A stretch of 64,000 nt of DNA from Squalus acanthias (GCA_030390025.1 CM059425.1:175276001-175340000); one strand, 5' to 3'; counted from the stretch's first letter, positions 23,447 to 36,748 are shown. The notes: generated by a model not told the origin, from the sequence alone. Numbers and translations: made by a program.

Positions 23447-25760
23447 CAGAAACATAGAGAAACAGGAGGAGGAGTAGGCCATTCAGCCCTTCGAGCCTGC
23501 TCTGCCATTCAATATGATCATGGCTGATCCTCTATCTCAATACCATATCCCTTGATATCTTTTGTCTAGAAATCTATCTATCTCCTTCTTAAATATATTC
23601 AGTGACTTAGTCTCCACAGCCTTCTGTGGTAGAGAATTCCACAGGTTCACCACCCTCTGAATGAAGGAATTTCTCCTCATCTCAGTCCTAAATGTCCTAC
23701 CCCGTATCCTGAGACTGTGACCCCTCGTTCTAGACCTCCCAGCCAGGGGAAACATCCTCCCTGCATCCAGTCTGTCTAGCTCTGTCAGAATTTTATACGT
23801 TTCAATGAGATCCCCTCTCATTCTTCTAAACTCTAGCGAATACAGGCCTAGTCGACCCAATCTCTCCTCATACGACAGTCCTGCCATCCCAGGAATCCGT
23901 CTGGTGAACCTTCGCTGCACTCCCTCTATGGCAAGTATATCCTTTCTTGGGTAAGGAGACCAAAACTGCACACAATACTCCAGGTGTGGTCTCACCAAGG
24001 CCCTGTACAACTGTAGTAAGACATCCTTTTTCCTGTACTCAAATCCTCTTGCAATGAAGGCCAACATACCATTTGCCTTCCTAACTGCTTGCTGCACCTG
24101 CATGTTTGCTTTCAGTGACTGGTGTACAAGGACACCCAGGTCCCTCTGTACATTAACATTTCCCAATCTATCACCATTTAAATAATACTCTGCCTTTCTG
24201 TTTTTCCTAATGAAGTGGATAACTTCACATTTATCCACGTTATACTGCATCTGCCATGTACTCACTCAACTTGTCTAAATCGCCTTGAAGCCTCTTTGCA
24301 TCCTCCTCACAACTCGCAATCCCATCTAGTTTTGTGTCGTCAGCAAACTTGGAAATATTACATTTGGTTCCCTCATCCAAATCATTAATATATATTGTGA
24401 ATAACTGGGGCCCAAGCACTGATCCCTGCGGTACCCCACTAGTCACCGCCTGCCACCCCGAAAAAGACCCATTTATTCCTACTATCTGTTTCCTGTCTGT
24501 TAACCAATTTTCAATCCATGCCAGTATATTACCCCCAATCCCATGTGCTTTAATTTTGCACACTAACCTCTTATGTGGGACTTTATCAAAGGCCTTCTGA
24601 AAATCCAAATACACCACATCCACTGGTTCTCCCTTATCTATTCTACCAGTTACATCCTCAAAAAACTCCAGTAGGTTTGTCAAACACGATTTCCCTTTCA
24701 TAAATCCATGTTGACTTTGTCTAATCCCGTTGATATTTTCTAAGTGTCCTGTTATCGCATCCTTTAACAGACTCTAGCATTTTCCCTACGACTGATGTTA
24801 GGCTAACCGGTCTGTCGTTCCTTGTTTTCTCTCTCCCTCCTTTTTTAATAGTGCGGTTACATTTGCCACCCTCCAATCTGTAGGAACTGTTCCATAATCT
24901 ATAGAATTTTGGAAGATGACAACCAATGCATCCACTATTTCCATGGCTACCTCTTTTAGTACTCTGGGATGCAGATTATCAGGCCCATTAATTTCTCCAG
25001 CACTTTTTTTTTACTAATACTAATGTCCTTTAATTCCTCCTTCTCACTAGACCCTTGGTTCCCTAGCATTTCTGGGAGGTTATTTGTATCCTCTTCCGTG
25101 AAGACAGAACCAAAGTATTTGTTTAATTGCTTTGCCATTTCCTTGTTCCCCATTATAAATTCTCCCGTTTCTGACTGTAAGGGACCTACATTTGTCTTCA
25201 CTAATCTTTTTCTTTTTACATACTTGTAGAAGCTTTTACAGTTTGCTTTTATGTTCCTTGCAAGTTTACTCTCATACTCTATTTTTCCCCTTTTAATCAA
25301 TCTCTTGGTTGTTTTTTGCTGAACTCTAAACTGCTCCCAATCCTCAGGCTTGCTACTTTTCTGGCAACTTTATATGATTCCTCTTTGGATCTAATACTAT
25401 CCTTAATTTCTTTTGTTAGCCATGGTTGGGCCGCTTTTCTTTTTGTGTTTTTGCGCCAGAAATGAATATATAACTGTTGCAATTCATGCATTTGTTCCTT
25501 AAATGTTAGCCATTGCCGATCCACCGTCATGCCTTTTAATGAAGCTCTCCAATCTATCATAGCCAACTCACTCCTCATATCTTCGTAATTTCCTTTGTTT
25601 AGATTTCGGACCCTAGTTTTGGATTGGACTTCTTCGCTTTTCATCTTAATGAAGAATTCTATCATGTTACGGTCACTCTTCCCTAAAGGACCCCGCACAA
25701 CAAGTTTATTAATTAACCCCTTCTCATTGCACAATACCCAATTTAGGATAGCCTGTTCCT
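23447..25760 (-). mobile_element. CR1 LINE, 5'-truncated, with small internal deletions
   Basis: ORFs with SCLTNLLEFFE, YLDFQKAFDKV, GVPQGSVLGP, FADDTK and RPHLEYC; tail at ~23447-23530. Confidence 0.95.
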
Positions 25761-26463
25761 TTTGAAATGTTTTCTACCTGCTCTATTTTCACCCTCTCTT
25801 GCGCCTCTTTATCATCTACTATTTCTTAAAACCCAATTCTGGCTTTTTTATTTCTTAAAATTCCCCACCTGCTCTTTAACCTCCAATTATGCTTCTTCCT
25901 TTTTAATTGCCAACCCAATCTTTTTTAATTGCCCTCATCTGTTTTATTTTACATAATTCCTGTCCTGCTCTTTAACGCCCCATTGTAGCTCTCTTTAATT
26001 CCCAACTACTGTGTAACACTAATTGTGGCTCTTTTTAAAAAGTTTTTAACCCATGCTCTCCCTTTTTAAATTACCAACAAACTCCAAGTACTATAGTCAG
26101 CACCAAGGGACATTTACTGGTATGTAGATTAAAAGCTTGCAGCGTTGTGCCTCTTCACTCTTCTGTGTTCAGCTTTACAGTTGTGCAACTTTTTCTGTTA
26201 CTTTAATATTCTATGTTTTGCATTCACTAATATTTAATTGCCTTGGATTGCATCACTTGAAACCTAGTTTTTTCCATAAAATATTGCAATTGTAAACTTT
26301 TATTCTGGAGGATCGCATATATTATCCAAAAACTCCAAAAAGGAAAATGTGAACTGGGAATTTTGTAGGCTAGTTAATCTAATGTCTAGCGAGGAAAATG
26401 CTGCGTCTGCTTCATGGAAACTTGTGTCTTACATATTCAGAATAATGGACTTATTATAATGTG

Positions 26464-26504
26464 ATGCCAATAGATTTGTTAAATGTACTGGACCATGCAA
26501 CAGG
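26464..26504 (+). CDS. MCC: Putative alternative first coding exon B of MCC (MPIDLLNVLDHAT-G)
   Basis: First ATG after an in-frame TAA (26443). Strong donor AGG|GTAAGA in phase 2, matching the exon at 27366. Confidence 0.5.
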
Positions 26505-26964
26505 GTAAGAAAGCTTCAATTGCATTGCTTCATGATCAATTATAATGTATCACTAATGTTTAAATGCTAATTTTAAATTGTAAATTCCATCATTTAAAAA
26601 AAAAGTATCTTGGTTAAAAAAAATAAAACTTAAATGGATGGTAATTTATAGTGCTGTTAGCATATGGGATTTAAAATATTGGAAAATGACAGACTAAAGT
26701 TAACATTATGTCTATATAATACTTGGCTAAGTTGGCATTTTTAATTCACTAGCAGTATGTAGATACGACTTGTGTTAAATACGTATTGGAAAATGTGGAG
26801 TGATGATAGCACTGAATTAACCATACTGCCTAAAGTACAATTTTCCCTTTGGCGGTAAAATTACTGATGGCCCTAATAAAGGCACTTAAGTGTCTACAGG
26901 GCATCTGGCCCAGGTAAAGGTACACCCTAAGTTATCAATGAGATGAGTAAAGAAATGGGTTAAT

Positions 26965-27130
26965 TCCTTCAACTACATTGGGTCAGAATCCTGGAATTTC
27001 TACCTGACACTTGTGGGAGCACCATCAGCACAAGGCCTGCAGCAGTCCAAGGAGAATGTCCACCACCAACTTCTCAGGGCAACTAAGGGTGGGCAATAAA
27101 TGTGGTTTACATCCGGAGAACAAATATAAA
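26965..27130 (+). mobile_element. Old 3' tail related to family B LINE
   Basis: GGGTCAGAATCCTGGAA...CACCACCAACTTCTCAGGGCAACTAAGGGTGGGCAATAAATG matches the tail at 2490-2620. Confidence 0.7.
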
Positions 27131-27365
27131 AACAAGAAAGCTATTTAAGTTGGATGGTGAACTTAGAACTATAGGGCATGAGTATAATGTACCACAATAG
27201 TAGTTAAATCTATTGATTTAAGTCAATTAAAAAAGCTGCATTAATACAAGGTTAGGAATAGGATTAATAGTTAAGAGGTCTTCTATAGAAAGAGATGGTC
27301 AAATGCTGTTTAACATTTGTTTCCTGAACCGCTTGTAATATTTGGAGGTTTACTTATGTTCTCAG

Positions 27366-27456
27366 TGATGAAGAAATCTACAGGAATGATCCAGTTCAGG
27401 TAGTAGAAGATGGAACTGGTCCAGTTCAAAATTCTTCCCCATTCTTCCATTGGGAT
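27366..27456 (+). CDS. MCC: Putative alternative second exon of MCC isoform B (DEEIYRNDPVQVVEDGTGPVQNSSPFFHWD)
   Basis: Acceptor TTATGTTCTCAG|T; a 91-nt open exon with phase 2 in and phase 0 out (GAT|GTAAAT), joining 26464-26504 to 27984 in frame. Confidence 0.55.
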
Positions 27457-27983
27457 GTAAATATTAAGAGCACCTGTGAATGACATTCATGTGATCAAAT
27501 GCTACAAGAGTGATTTTTTAATCGTTGTAAATTATTTGGGGAATACATATTTTATACAATTAATTTTGTGCTCTAATAAGAAACAACATTTTTCATGTTT
27601 TAATTTTTATCCAGTTTTAACTGATTAAAACATTTGAGGTGTTCTTGACAAGAACTACCATTAGTAATCAGATGTTCAGTAATAGTAATGGTCAACCACT
27701 TGCATTGTCTGTGTCTAAGTGGTATTGACCCTTAGGCCAAATACTTGCCTCCTTGCAGCCAAAAAAAGGTTGATAAATGGAAAATGTAATTTGTTAAACC
27801 AATGTTTCAAGCACTATAAAGGCATTTCAGTGAAGGATGTGCAGTGGAACAGTCTGTGTGCCAGTGCACAGCTGGTCCTAATTTGCAGACTGGACAATAA
27901 AAGCCACTTTGGAGAATGAGCCGATTTATGTGACTTTTTTTAATCAAGTTCTTGAGTAATTCTGTTTTGTTTTCCTTCACCAG

Positions 27984-28097
27984 CTACACTTAGCAGCCCT
28001 GGCATCACTTAAAACGGACATAGTGGATCTCAATAAAAGACTCCAACATACAGAACGGGAAAGGGACTTGTTGGAAAAGAAGTTGGCAAAATCCCAA
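27984..28097 (+). CDS. MCC: MCC exon (LHLAALASLKTDIVDLNKRLQHTERERDLLEKKLAKSQ)
   Basis: Recognised as near-identical to vertebrate MCC LHSAALASLKGDIVELNKRLQQTERERDLLEKKLAKAQ. Acceptor TTCACCAG, donor GTAAGC, 114 nt, phase 0/0. Confidence 0.95.
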
Positions 28098-28814
28098 GTA
28101 AGCAAAGGACAGAATTATGGGTTATATGCTGCAACATTGATACTTATTATAGAACACCTGGAGTTTGGTAAAACTGATTATGGGGTCAACCACGCATAAA
28201 ATGTGAAGATATTCATCTGTTTGCTGCAATGATTAATGAGAAATTTGATTAAAGAAATGGCTTTTGTAAGTAAAGGTGGTAGATTGCAAAATTTCTGTCG
28301 AAAGTGTATATTAACTTTTTCATGAAATCACTTGCAGTCACTTAATTTCAGAAATTCTTTCTATGGAATGAAGGCTGCTTATATAGCATCTCACTGGATT
28401 ACTTTTTGTAAACATTTTTTTTGAATATGCAAGATATGTATATATATTTTCAGAGTAAGACTTGTAGGTGGAGAAATTGCGCTTTGTAGCGCCCGTTTTT
28501 TAGGCACTACGCGGCCTCCTAACGGTGGAAAATGGTGTCCGAGATGTGCGTGCATACTTCCAACAGGAAGTGCGCCGGATGCCATCTTGGTTAAGGGGTT
28601 TGCGCGCACTTAACGACTGGCAGCAGCATGCAGAGCTGTCAGATCATGACGTCAATCAGTGTGCAACGCTGCTTTGACGCCAGCGCTGCCATTTTCGAAC
28701 GCCACACTCCAGCGTATGCCCTGCCTTAACTTCACACAGCTGAACACGATGTTAAACGACCTGAAGGACCCCAACCAGCGCTATTCAAAGGGATCATGAA
28801 CTACTTACAGGTTA

Positions 28815-29235
28815 CACAGAATTACATAGAATATACTGCAGAGAAACAGGCCACTTGGCCCAACTAGTCCGTGCCGGCGTTTATGCTCCATTCGAGCCTC
28901 CTCCCACCCTTCTTCATCTAATTCTATCAACATAACCCTCTATTCCTTTCTCCCTCATTTGCTTAGCTAGCTTCCCCTTAAATGCATCTATACTATTTGC
29001 CTCAACTGCTCCCTGTGGTAGCGAGTTCTACATTCTCACCACTCTCTGGGTAAAGAAGTTTCTTCTGAATTCCCTATTTGATTTCTTGGTGACTATCTTA
29101 TATTGATGGCCTCTAGTTATGCTCTTCCCCACAAGTGGAAACACTCTCTCTGTGTCTACTCTATCAAAACCTTTCATAATTTTAAAGACCTCTATTAGGT
29201 CACCCCTCTGCATTCTCTTTTCAAGAGAAAAGAGA
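28815..29235 (-). mobile_element. CR1 LINE 3' fragment
   Basis: LFSLEKRMQRGDLIEVFK...FFTQRVV; microsatellite tail at ~28815-28835. Confidence 0.9.
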
Positions 29236-30375
29236 GGCATCAAGGAGCCCTAGTAAAACTGAAGTCAATGGGAATCGGGGGGAAAACGCTCCACTGGCTG
29301 GAGTCATACCTAGCACAAAGGAAGATGGTTGTGGTGGTTGAAGGTCAATCATCACAGCCCCAGGACATCGCTGCAGGAGTTTCTCAGGGCAGTGTCGTAG
29401 GCCCAACCATCTTCAGCTGCTTCATCAATGACCTTCCCTCCAACATAAGGTCAGAAATGGAGATGTTCGCTGATGACTGCACAGTGTTCAGCGTCATTCA
29501 CAACTCCTCAGATAATGAAGCAGTCCATGCCCGCATCCAACAAGACCGGGATGATCAGGCTTGGGCTGATAACTGGCAGGTAACATTCGCGCCACAGAAG
29601 TGCCAGGCAATGACTATTTCCAACAAGCGAGAGTCTAACCACCTCCCCTTGACATTCAATGGCATCATCATCACCGAATCCCCCACCATCAACATCCTGG
29701 GGGTCACCATTAACCAGAAACTTAACTGGACCAGCCCCATAAATACTGTGGCAACAAGAGCAGGTCAGAGGTCAGGTATTCTGCAGCGAGTGTCTCACCT
29801 CCTGACTCCCCAAAACCTTTCCACCATCTGCAAGGCACAAGTAAGGAGTGTGATGGAATACTCTCCACTTGCCTGGATGAGTGCAGATCCAACAACACTC
29901 AAGAAGCTCGACACCATCCAGGACAAAGCAGCCTGCTTGATTGGCACCCCATCCACCACCTTAAACATTTACTCCCTCCACCACCGGCGTACCGTGGCTG
30001 CAATGTGTACCATTTACAAGATGCACCGCAGCAACTCGCCAATGTTTCTTCGGCAGTACTTCCCAAACCCGCAACCTCTTCCACCTAGAAGGACCAGGGC
30101 AGCAGGCGCATGGGAACACCACCACCTCCAACTTCCCCTCCAAGTCACACACCATCCAGACTTAGAAGTATATCGCCGAACCTTCATCGTCGCTGGGTCA
30201 AAATCCTGGAACTCCCTACTTAACAGCACTGTGGGAGTACCTTCACCACACGGACTGCAGCGGTTCAAGAAGGTGGCTCACCACTACCTTCTCGAGGGCA
30301 ATTAGGGATGGGCAATAAATGCTGGCCTTGCCAGCGAAGCCCACATCCCATAAACTAATAAAAAAATAAAAAAAA
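29236..30375 (+). mobile_element. Family B LINE 3' fragment (RT C-terminal half, A tail)
   Basis: 345-aa ORF with GVSQGSVVGP and MFADD. The tail is nearly identical to 2590-2670. Confidence 0.92.
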
Positions 30376-30586
30376 TAATGAGGATACTAGTAACCTTAAC
30401 CACACCTCCCCATTTACCAACAGTCCCACGCTCCTTACCTTTCATCTATCACTGACCATCACATTGTCCTCTTTTCGACAACACAGAACTAAAAACCACC
30501 AGAAAATGCACATTCCAATCTAAATTTATAAATTCAATCATGACATAATGCATACAAAAAAAAACTAATCACCCTTGTGCATTCCC

Positions 30587-33290
30587 TTAGTCCCTGCCTT
30601 CTGTATACCTTTGCCCTCTCCTCATGCTCCTACGCGGTGCTTCCCCAGTGGCTGCAGCATGAGTGGTGGAAGGCTGCTGACCTCCAATTGAGGAGACTGC
30701 AGATGGCCTTGGAGGGCGACCTTGAGTAGCTCTGGGCCTAGAAGGGCCCGGCTTGAGACTGCACCATTTCAGCCTGGGCTGACTGGCAACAGCAAGGGCG
30801 CTGGTGGAGTGGCAGGGGCGGGAGCAGGAATGCTGTCTTCCTAAGCGAGGAAAGCAGGTTTCGTGCTCCATGGAGCCACTGACATTCTCCCGGGGTGGCG
30901 TCTCAGCAATCCTACTGGTCTGTTTAACAGATTGCTGAGATGCCCTGGAAGCCCCTTTGAACAGTGGTATCCAGAGCCATGATGGTAGCAGTCTGAGCTT
31001 CCACTGCTGTGCTCGGAGCTTTAGATGCTGTTCGTGTTGCAGTGGAAGCTGTGACGTCGGCCATCGGACGCTGCATCATGGTGGGTTCCACAGGTCTGCT
31101 ACTGGAGGTGACCACCCATTCCATATTGGAAAGAATGGTCTCCAAGCTCTGTGCAAAGCCCTGTGCCAAGTTGGTGCTGGACTCCTCCCTGCTCCTTGAC
31201 AATGAACTCAGACTTTCTAGTGCACCAAGCATTTGGTTGTGTACAACGATCACCCTTCTTTTGTCGCCTGGCCCATTGAAGTCCTCATCTGACTCCTCTG
31301 CAACAGAACTGGTGTGTGACCTCGCCCTCTGGCAAGTTAGCACCTTCGCTATCATTTCCCTCTACCGTGGCTCTTGTGCCCGGTGTCTCACCACGTGCAG
31401 ATCCCTCCTCTTTCCTAGCCTCCGAAATATGCACAGTGTCAGTGTCTGAGCTAGTGGCTGCGAGTGCAAGATCGAGTGACTGTGTCTTTTCATCTTCACT
31501 ATCTTACATAAGAACATAAGAAATAGGAGCAGGAGTTGGCCCTTTGAGCCTGCTCTGCCATTCAGTAAGATCATGGCTGATCTTCTACCTCATCTCCACT
31601 TTCCTGCACTATCCCCATATCCCTTGATTCCCTTAATATTCAAAAACCTATCGATCTCTGTCTTGAATATACTCAATGACTGAGCCTCCACAGCCCTCTG
31701 GGGTAGAGAATTCCAAAGATTCACCACCCTCTGAGTGAAGAAATTTCTCCTCATCTCAGTCCTAAATGGCCGACGCCTTATTCTGAGACTGTGACCCCTG
31801 GTTCAAGACTCCCCAGCCAGGGGAAACATCCTCCCTGCATCTACCCTGTCAAGTCCTGTAAGAATTTTGTATGTTTCAAGGAGATCACCTCTCATTCTTC
31901 TAAACTCTAGAGAATATAGGCCTAGCCTACTCAATCTGTCCTCATAGGACAATGCCCCCATCCCAGGAACCAGTCTGGTGAACCTTCGTTGCACTCCCTC
32001 TATGGCAAGTATATCCTTCCTTGGGTAAGGAGACCAAAACTGTACACAATACTCCAGGTGTGGTCTCACCAGGACCCTATATAATTGCAGTAAGACGTCT
32101 TTACTCTTATACTCAAATCCTCTTGTAATAAAGGCCAACATACCATTTGCTTTCCTAATTGCTTGCTGTCCCTGCATGTTCACTTTCAGTGATTCTTGTA
32201 CAAGGACACCCAGGTCCCTCTGAACACCAACATTTCCCAATCTCTCACCATTTAAAAAATACTCTGCTTTTCTATTTTTCCTACCAAAGTGGATAACTTC
32301 ACATTTCTCCACATTATATTCCATTTGCTATGTTCTTACCCACTCACTTAGCCTTTCTATATCCCCTTGAAGCCTCCTTGCATCCTCCTCACAACTTACA
32401 TTCCCACCCAGCTTTGTATCATCAGCAAATTTGGATATATTACATTTATCTTCTTTCTCTTTCTCCACTGACTGGGAATGCTCCAGTTCTTGGGTATCTG
32501 AAATGAGAAAGGCACAAGGGTTAGGTTGTGGTGAGGAGAGAGGACAAAGCAAGAAGTGCATTCTTACATCATCAGCAGCTTCTAAATCAAGAGATTGCGG
32601 GATGAGGGAGCAGTGGGATGAGAAGGAGGATTAGTTATGCAGATACCCTCATCGTCGATCGCTTCAGCGCCACCGGTGGCCACGGCGTCAGTGATGCCCA
32701 TTCCATGATGGCCAGCACTGTCTCCTCCTTAGGGGTTAAAGCATGCAGGCACGCTTGTCCTCCTCCAGTTCTTTGCTGCTGCCTGCTGTTATGCGGCATG
32801 TTCTCCTGCAAGAAAGAGGGAAGTGTGTCCTGCAATATGTTTGGGTGATGTGGCTGTCATGTTGAATAGCCACCAGTCTGTGTGAGTTGTGGGTGCGAGG
32901 CTTGCAACAGTGCTAAGTCTGTGGGCAAGTTAAAACATATGCATTGAAGGTTTGAGTCCTGATTAATAGAGGTTGTTGGTGGATGGGTGATGGGGATATA
33001 GTGAATTGAGCAGTGGATGAGACTAGTGGTGCAGTTGGTCGGATATGCCATTTGAAGATGAACTCGCTCACCTTGACAGCTCATGTGAGATTGTTCAGCT
33101 TCTTCCTGCACTGCATCCATGTTCTTGGAGCAACACTCCTGGCATTGAACTCTGCCGCTACTTCTTCCCACTGCCTCAAACATCTTTCTGGAGGGCCTCC
33201 TGCCCCCCTGTGGTTACAGGATGTCTCTCCTGCTTTCCACCTCTTCCACCAAGTCCTGGGTCTGAAAACCTTGGGGCATGCTCTCTCACA
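30587..33290 (-). pseudogene. Harbinger Myb/SANT-like (trihelix) DNA-binding protein gene, 3 exons, inactivated
   Basis: Exon 1 REHAPRFSD..LVEEVESRRDIL*...WEEVAAEFNARSVAPRTWMQCRKKLNNL ends at AAG|GTGAGC (~33071). Exon 2 is ENMPHNSRQQQRTGGG...LTPKEETVLAI (~32805-32645). Exon 3 DTQELEHSQ... is split by a CR1. Stops and frameshifts are present. Confidence 0.8.
31506..32446 (-). mobile_element. Young 5'-truncated CR1 inserted in the Harbinger Myb gene
   Basis: RT C-terminus and (ATGTTCTT)n tail, flanked by a TATCTT duplication (31500-05, 32447-52). Confidence 0.92.
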
Positions 33291-34094
33291 TGTTCACCAA
33301 TTTCTCAAAGTATCACAGCACAGATTCAGATTTCAAAGGACTTCCACCACTTCTTGCAGCCACAATGCACCTCCTTTAAGAGGTGCAGGCTGCCTTTATG
33401 TAGCGCTAGCCACTCGCAAAATTGGGCCCCCTGCTTATACCTGCAACCAATGAACAGCGCGAGTAGCTCTGGCTGCATGCAGCAAACATGTAAAGCAGCA
33501 GGCAGCACCAACGTGCTGCCTGCAACGCAGTGAACAGGCACAGGTTGATTTCGTACTGCAATCCCCATGCCTGTTTTTGGGTGTTAGCCAATTTCTCCCT
33601 CATAAACTTAGCTTATTCACAAAGAAGCTCTGTTGAAGATGGTCTCTGCAGAATGAGTTTTGTTTACTATTTGTTGATTTTTAGTTGCTTCCAGCCTGTT
33701 GTTGTCTTTTCCCTGGGCAAGAATTATGCAACACAATCAGTGATTTGACAGGTTTCTCCCAGCGATGAAAAAATGTGTAGAGCGGCTTGGGCTGATTACT
33801 CCTTACTTTTCTTAAACTGTCTCCGCCACCTCTCTGGAATTTGCTGTCCCCATTTTTCTCTCTACCCGTTCAAACAAAGATACTCAAAGTCCATCTTTTC
33901 AACCAAGCCTTTGGTTACCTCTCTAACTTTCGCACAATGATACCGTGGCTTGTTTTATTTCTTTTATCCTTTTTCCCCACACCTTCTATAAAGCATCTAT
34001 GTTAAAGGTACTATATAAATACAAATTGTTTATTCCAAATGCCTTGGATCCATTTGGCATCTTTGCTGAGATAACTGCTTTAAAGCAAGTAGAA

Positions 34095-34930
34095 AGAAAG
34101 AAAAATTTGCATTTCTAATATGCCTTTTACATCCTCATGATGTCCCAAAGCACTTTACAGCTAATGAATTATTTCTGAAGTGTAATCACAGTTGTTCGGT
34201 AGGCAATTATATAGGGCCCTGGTGAGACCACACCTGGAGTATTGTGTACAGTTTTGGTCTCCTTACCTAAGGAAGGATATACTTGCCATAGAGGGAGTGC
34301 AACAAAGGTTCACCAGACTGGTTCCTGGGATGGGGGCATTGTCCTATGAGGAGAGATTGAGTAGACTAGGCCTATATTCTCTAGAGTTTAGAAGAATGAG
34401 AGGTGATTTCATTGAAACATACAAAATTCTTTCAGGGCCTGACAGGGTAGATGCAGGGAGGATGTTTCCCTTGGCTGGGGAGACTAGAACCAGGGGTCAC
34501 AGTCTTAGAATAAAGGGTCGGCCATTTAGGACTGAGATGAGGAGAAATTTCTTCACTCAGATGGTGGTAAATCTTTGGAGTTCTCTACCCCAGAAGCTGT
34601 GGAGGCTCAGTCATTGAGTATATTCAAGACAGAGATCGATAGATTTTTGAATATTAAGGGAATCGAGGGATATGGGGATAGTTCAGGAAAGTGGAGATGA
34701 GGTCGAAGATCAGCCATGATCTTATAGAATGGCAGAGCAGACTCGAAGGGCCGAATGGCCTACTCCTGCTCCTATTTCTTATGTTCTTTAACCAAGCAGC
34801 TAATGAGATAATGACCAGTTGATCTGTCCTGGTGGTGGTTGAAGGATGAATATGGGCTAGGACACTGGAGAAATCTCCTTTTTATTTGAAAAGAGACATG
34901 AAATTTAGTAAAGCCACCTGAGAGGCCTCA
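34095..34930 (-). mobile_element. Degenerate Deu-type SINE split by a CR1 insertion
   Basis: 34095-34195 and 34790-34930 match the reverse complement of the tail and body of the 11755 SINE. Confidence 0.55.
34198..34789 (+). mobile_element. Young CR1 3' fragment
   Basis: QLYRALVRPHLEYC...FFTQ; tail CCTATTTCTTATGTTCTT. Confidence 0.92.
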
Positions 34931-35705
34931 CTGGTAAAGAGATGTGCAACAGAGAGGAAAGTAACCAACAAGCAGGAAATAACTAAAAATAAATAACAGC
35001 TTGCAATTATATCGCACTTTTAATACAGAAAAATTCCCCAAGGCACTTTACAGAAGTGAAAGACAAAATGACTGCCAAGCCAAAAAAAGGAAAGATTGGG
35101 CTGATGACTACAAAGAAGTGTTTTAGAAGTGTCTTAAAGGAGGAGTGAGATGGAGGGGTTTAGGGAGGGAATTCTATAGCATGGGTCCTAGGTGGCTGAA
35201 ACCCTGGTTGCCAATGGTGGGGCGAAGAGAAGGCGGGGAGCACGAGACCAGATTATGAGGAATGGAAAGTTTGGAACAGAGGGGTGTAGGGCTAAAGGAG
35301 ATTAGAGATAGGCAGAGCCAAGGCCATGGAGGAACAATCATAAGGATGAACATTTTTAAATTTGAGATTTTTGAGGGCATTTTATAGTGATGGTATATTA
35401 CCGTGATTGTGCTATCTAATCAGCAGGTTCCCACAAATCGCTCAAAATGTGTTCTGAAAATGTTTTCATCTACCTTTTTTTTCCCCCTTTAACTGAAATT
35501 TCTAATATCCAAAATAAGGCTTCAAACAATTTTTTGAAATTCAAGAGATTATATATTTCACAATAACTTGATTACAATTATCCATTGAATTGTCCTTTGT
35601 GTCTTCATTAAAACCTGTACTTGAAGACTTCAGCCTCTCCAAAACATGGGCTTGGACTTAATATTTCTGTCCAGAGCGCTGACTCTGCACTAAATTTGAT
35701 TCTAT

Positions 35706-36192
35706 GGGGGAAAAATTCAGTATCGCCCCGTTTGGGGCGCAATTATCGGCCTGGCGCTAATTATCGCCTCCGACTGCAAACTTGACTTTTATTGCCCCTG
35801 GAGGTGATTGGAGTGCTAAATCAGGCGCTACACATCTGTCTTAAGGCGCAAAGGCCGAGGAGCGAGGCGTTAACTCAGAGCGCTGGCAAAGCTCATGTGA
35901 TGTCAGTCAGCAGTGGAACACAGACACAATGGCCCCGGCCAGTTCTTAAAGGGGAGGGTTGATCTTGCTTTCCATCCGCATCCTGCTCATTGCAGCCTTG
36001 AATCTTGGCCTGGAGAGACCTGTACATCAAATCTGCTGGAAATAACAATGGAGAGGCCCAGGGAAAGAGCTCAGAGTGCAGCCCCCACAGTCTCTTCTAA
36101 ATCGATACAAGGAAGGGAAAATCAAAATGAACCTGTAAAGTGCTGCTCAGTACCCAAAACTCCTTCACACAGCGTTGAATCTCTCCAGAAGT

Positions 36193-36239
<47 letters not shown>

Positions 36240-36607
36240 AATGCGTGGTTCAAAAATGTCGCCAACAAAAAAAGGCAGGAAGCGGTCGCCTTTAAATAGC
36301 GTTCCCCCAGTCCCTTCCTGATTGCAAAACGCTCCCCTCAACCTGTCGTTGCTAGCGGTAGGCGGTAAGGCAGGGGGCGCCACTCAATATCCGCTCCGGG
36401 GCGCTGCTGGGGCGTTGCGCACTCGACTGACATCACGATCTGCCGGCGCAGGAGATCATGGTGGTACTGTTTAGCGCCGCCGCAAAATGTCTAGTTAATT
36501 TCGCGAGCGGTGTAAACATCGCCGCGCCCGGGCGCTAATTGCTTTGCGCCCCATTAGCCCCCTCTTAAGGCGCTAACGCGAGGCACAACCAACTGAATTT
36601 TTCCCCC
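35706..36607. mobile_element. Harbinger-type MITE / deletion derivative
   Basis: Perfect 16-bp TIR GGGGGAAAAATTCAGT, flanks TAT/TAG, CpG-rich subtermini, internal (CT)n. Retains MERPRERA, resembling the start of the Harbinger Myb ORF. Confidence 0.85.
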
Positions 36608-36748
36608 TAGCAGTCTGAGGAGGTGTAGTGTGCCTGATTTCCCATGATGTATTAGTATTCTTGAGTCAGCTGATGCAATATTTTTCTTGTACTCTTTGCA
36701 CTTTCTGGCCAGTAGCTTGTCTTCAAATAATTTTGGAAAAGGGGGGAG

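Larger units (their letters stand above)
28467..33601 (-). mobile_element. PIF/Harbinger DNA transposon, defective, with three nested LINE fragments
   Basis: Imperfect TIR GGTGGAGAAATTG / CAATTTCTCCCTC (11/13), flanks GTA/ATA. Carries a spliced Myb/SANT-like gene; no transposase is visible. Confidence 0.75.
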
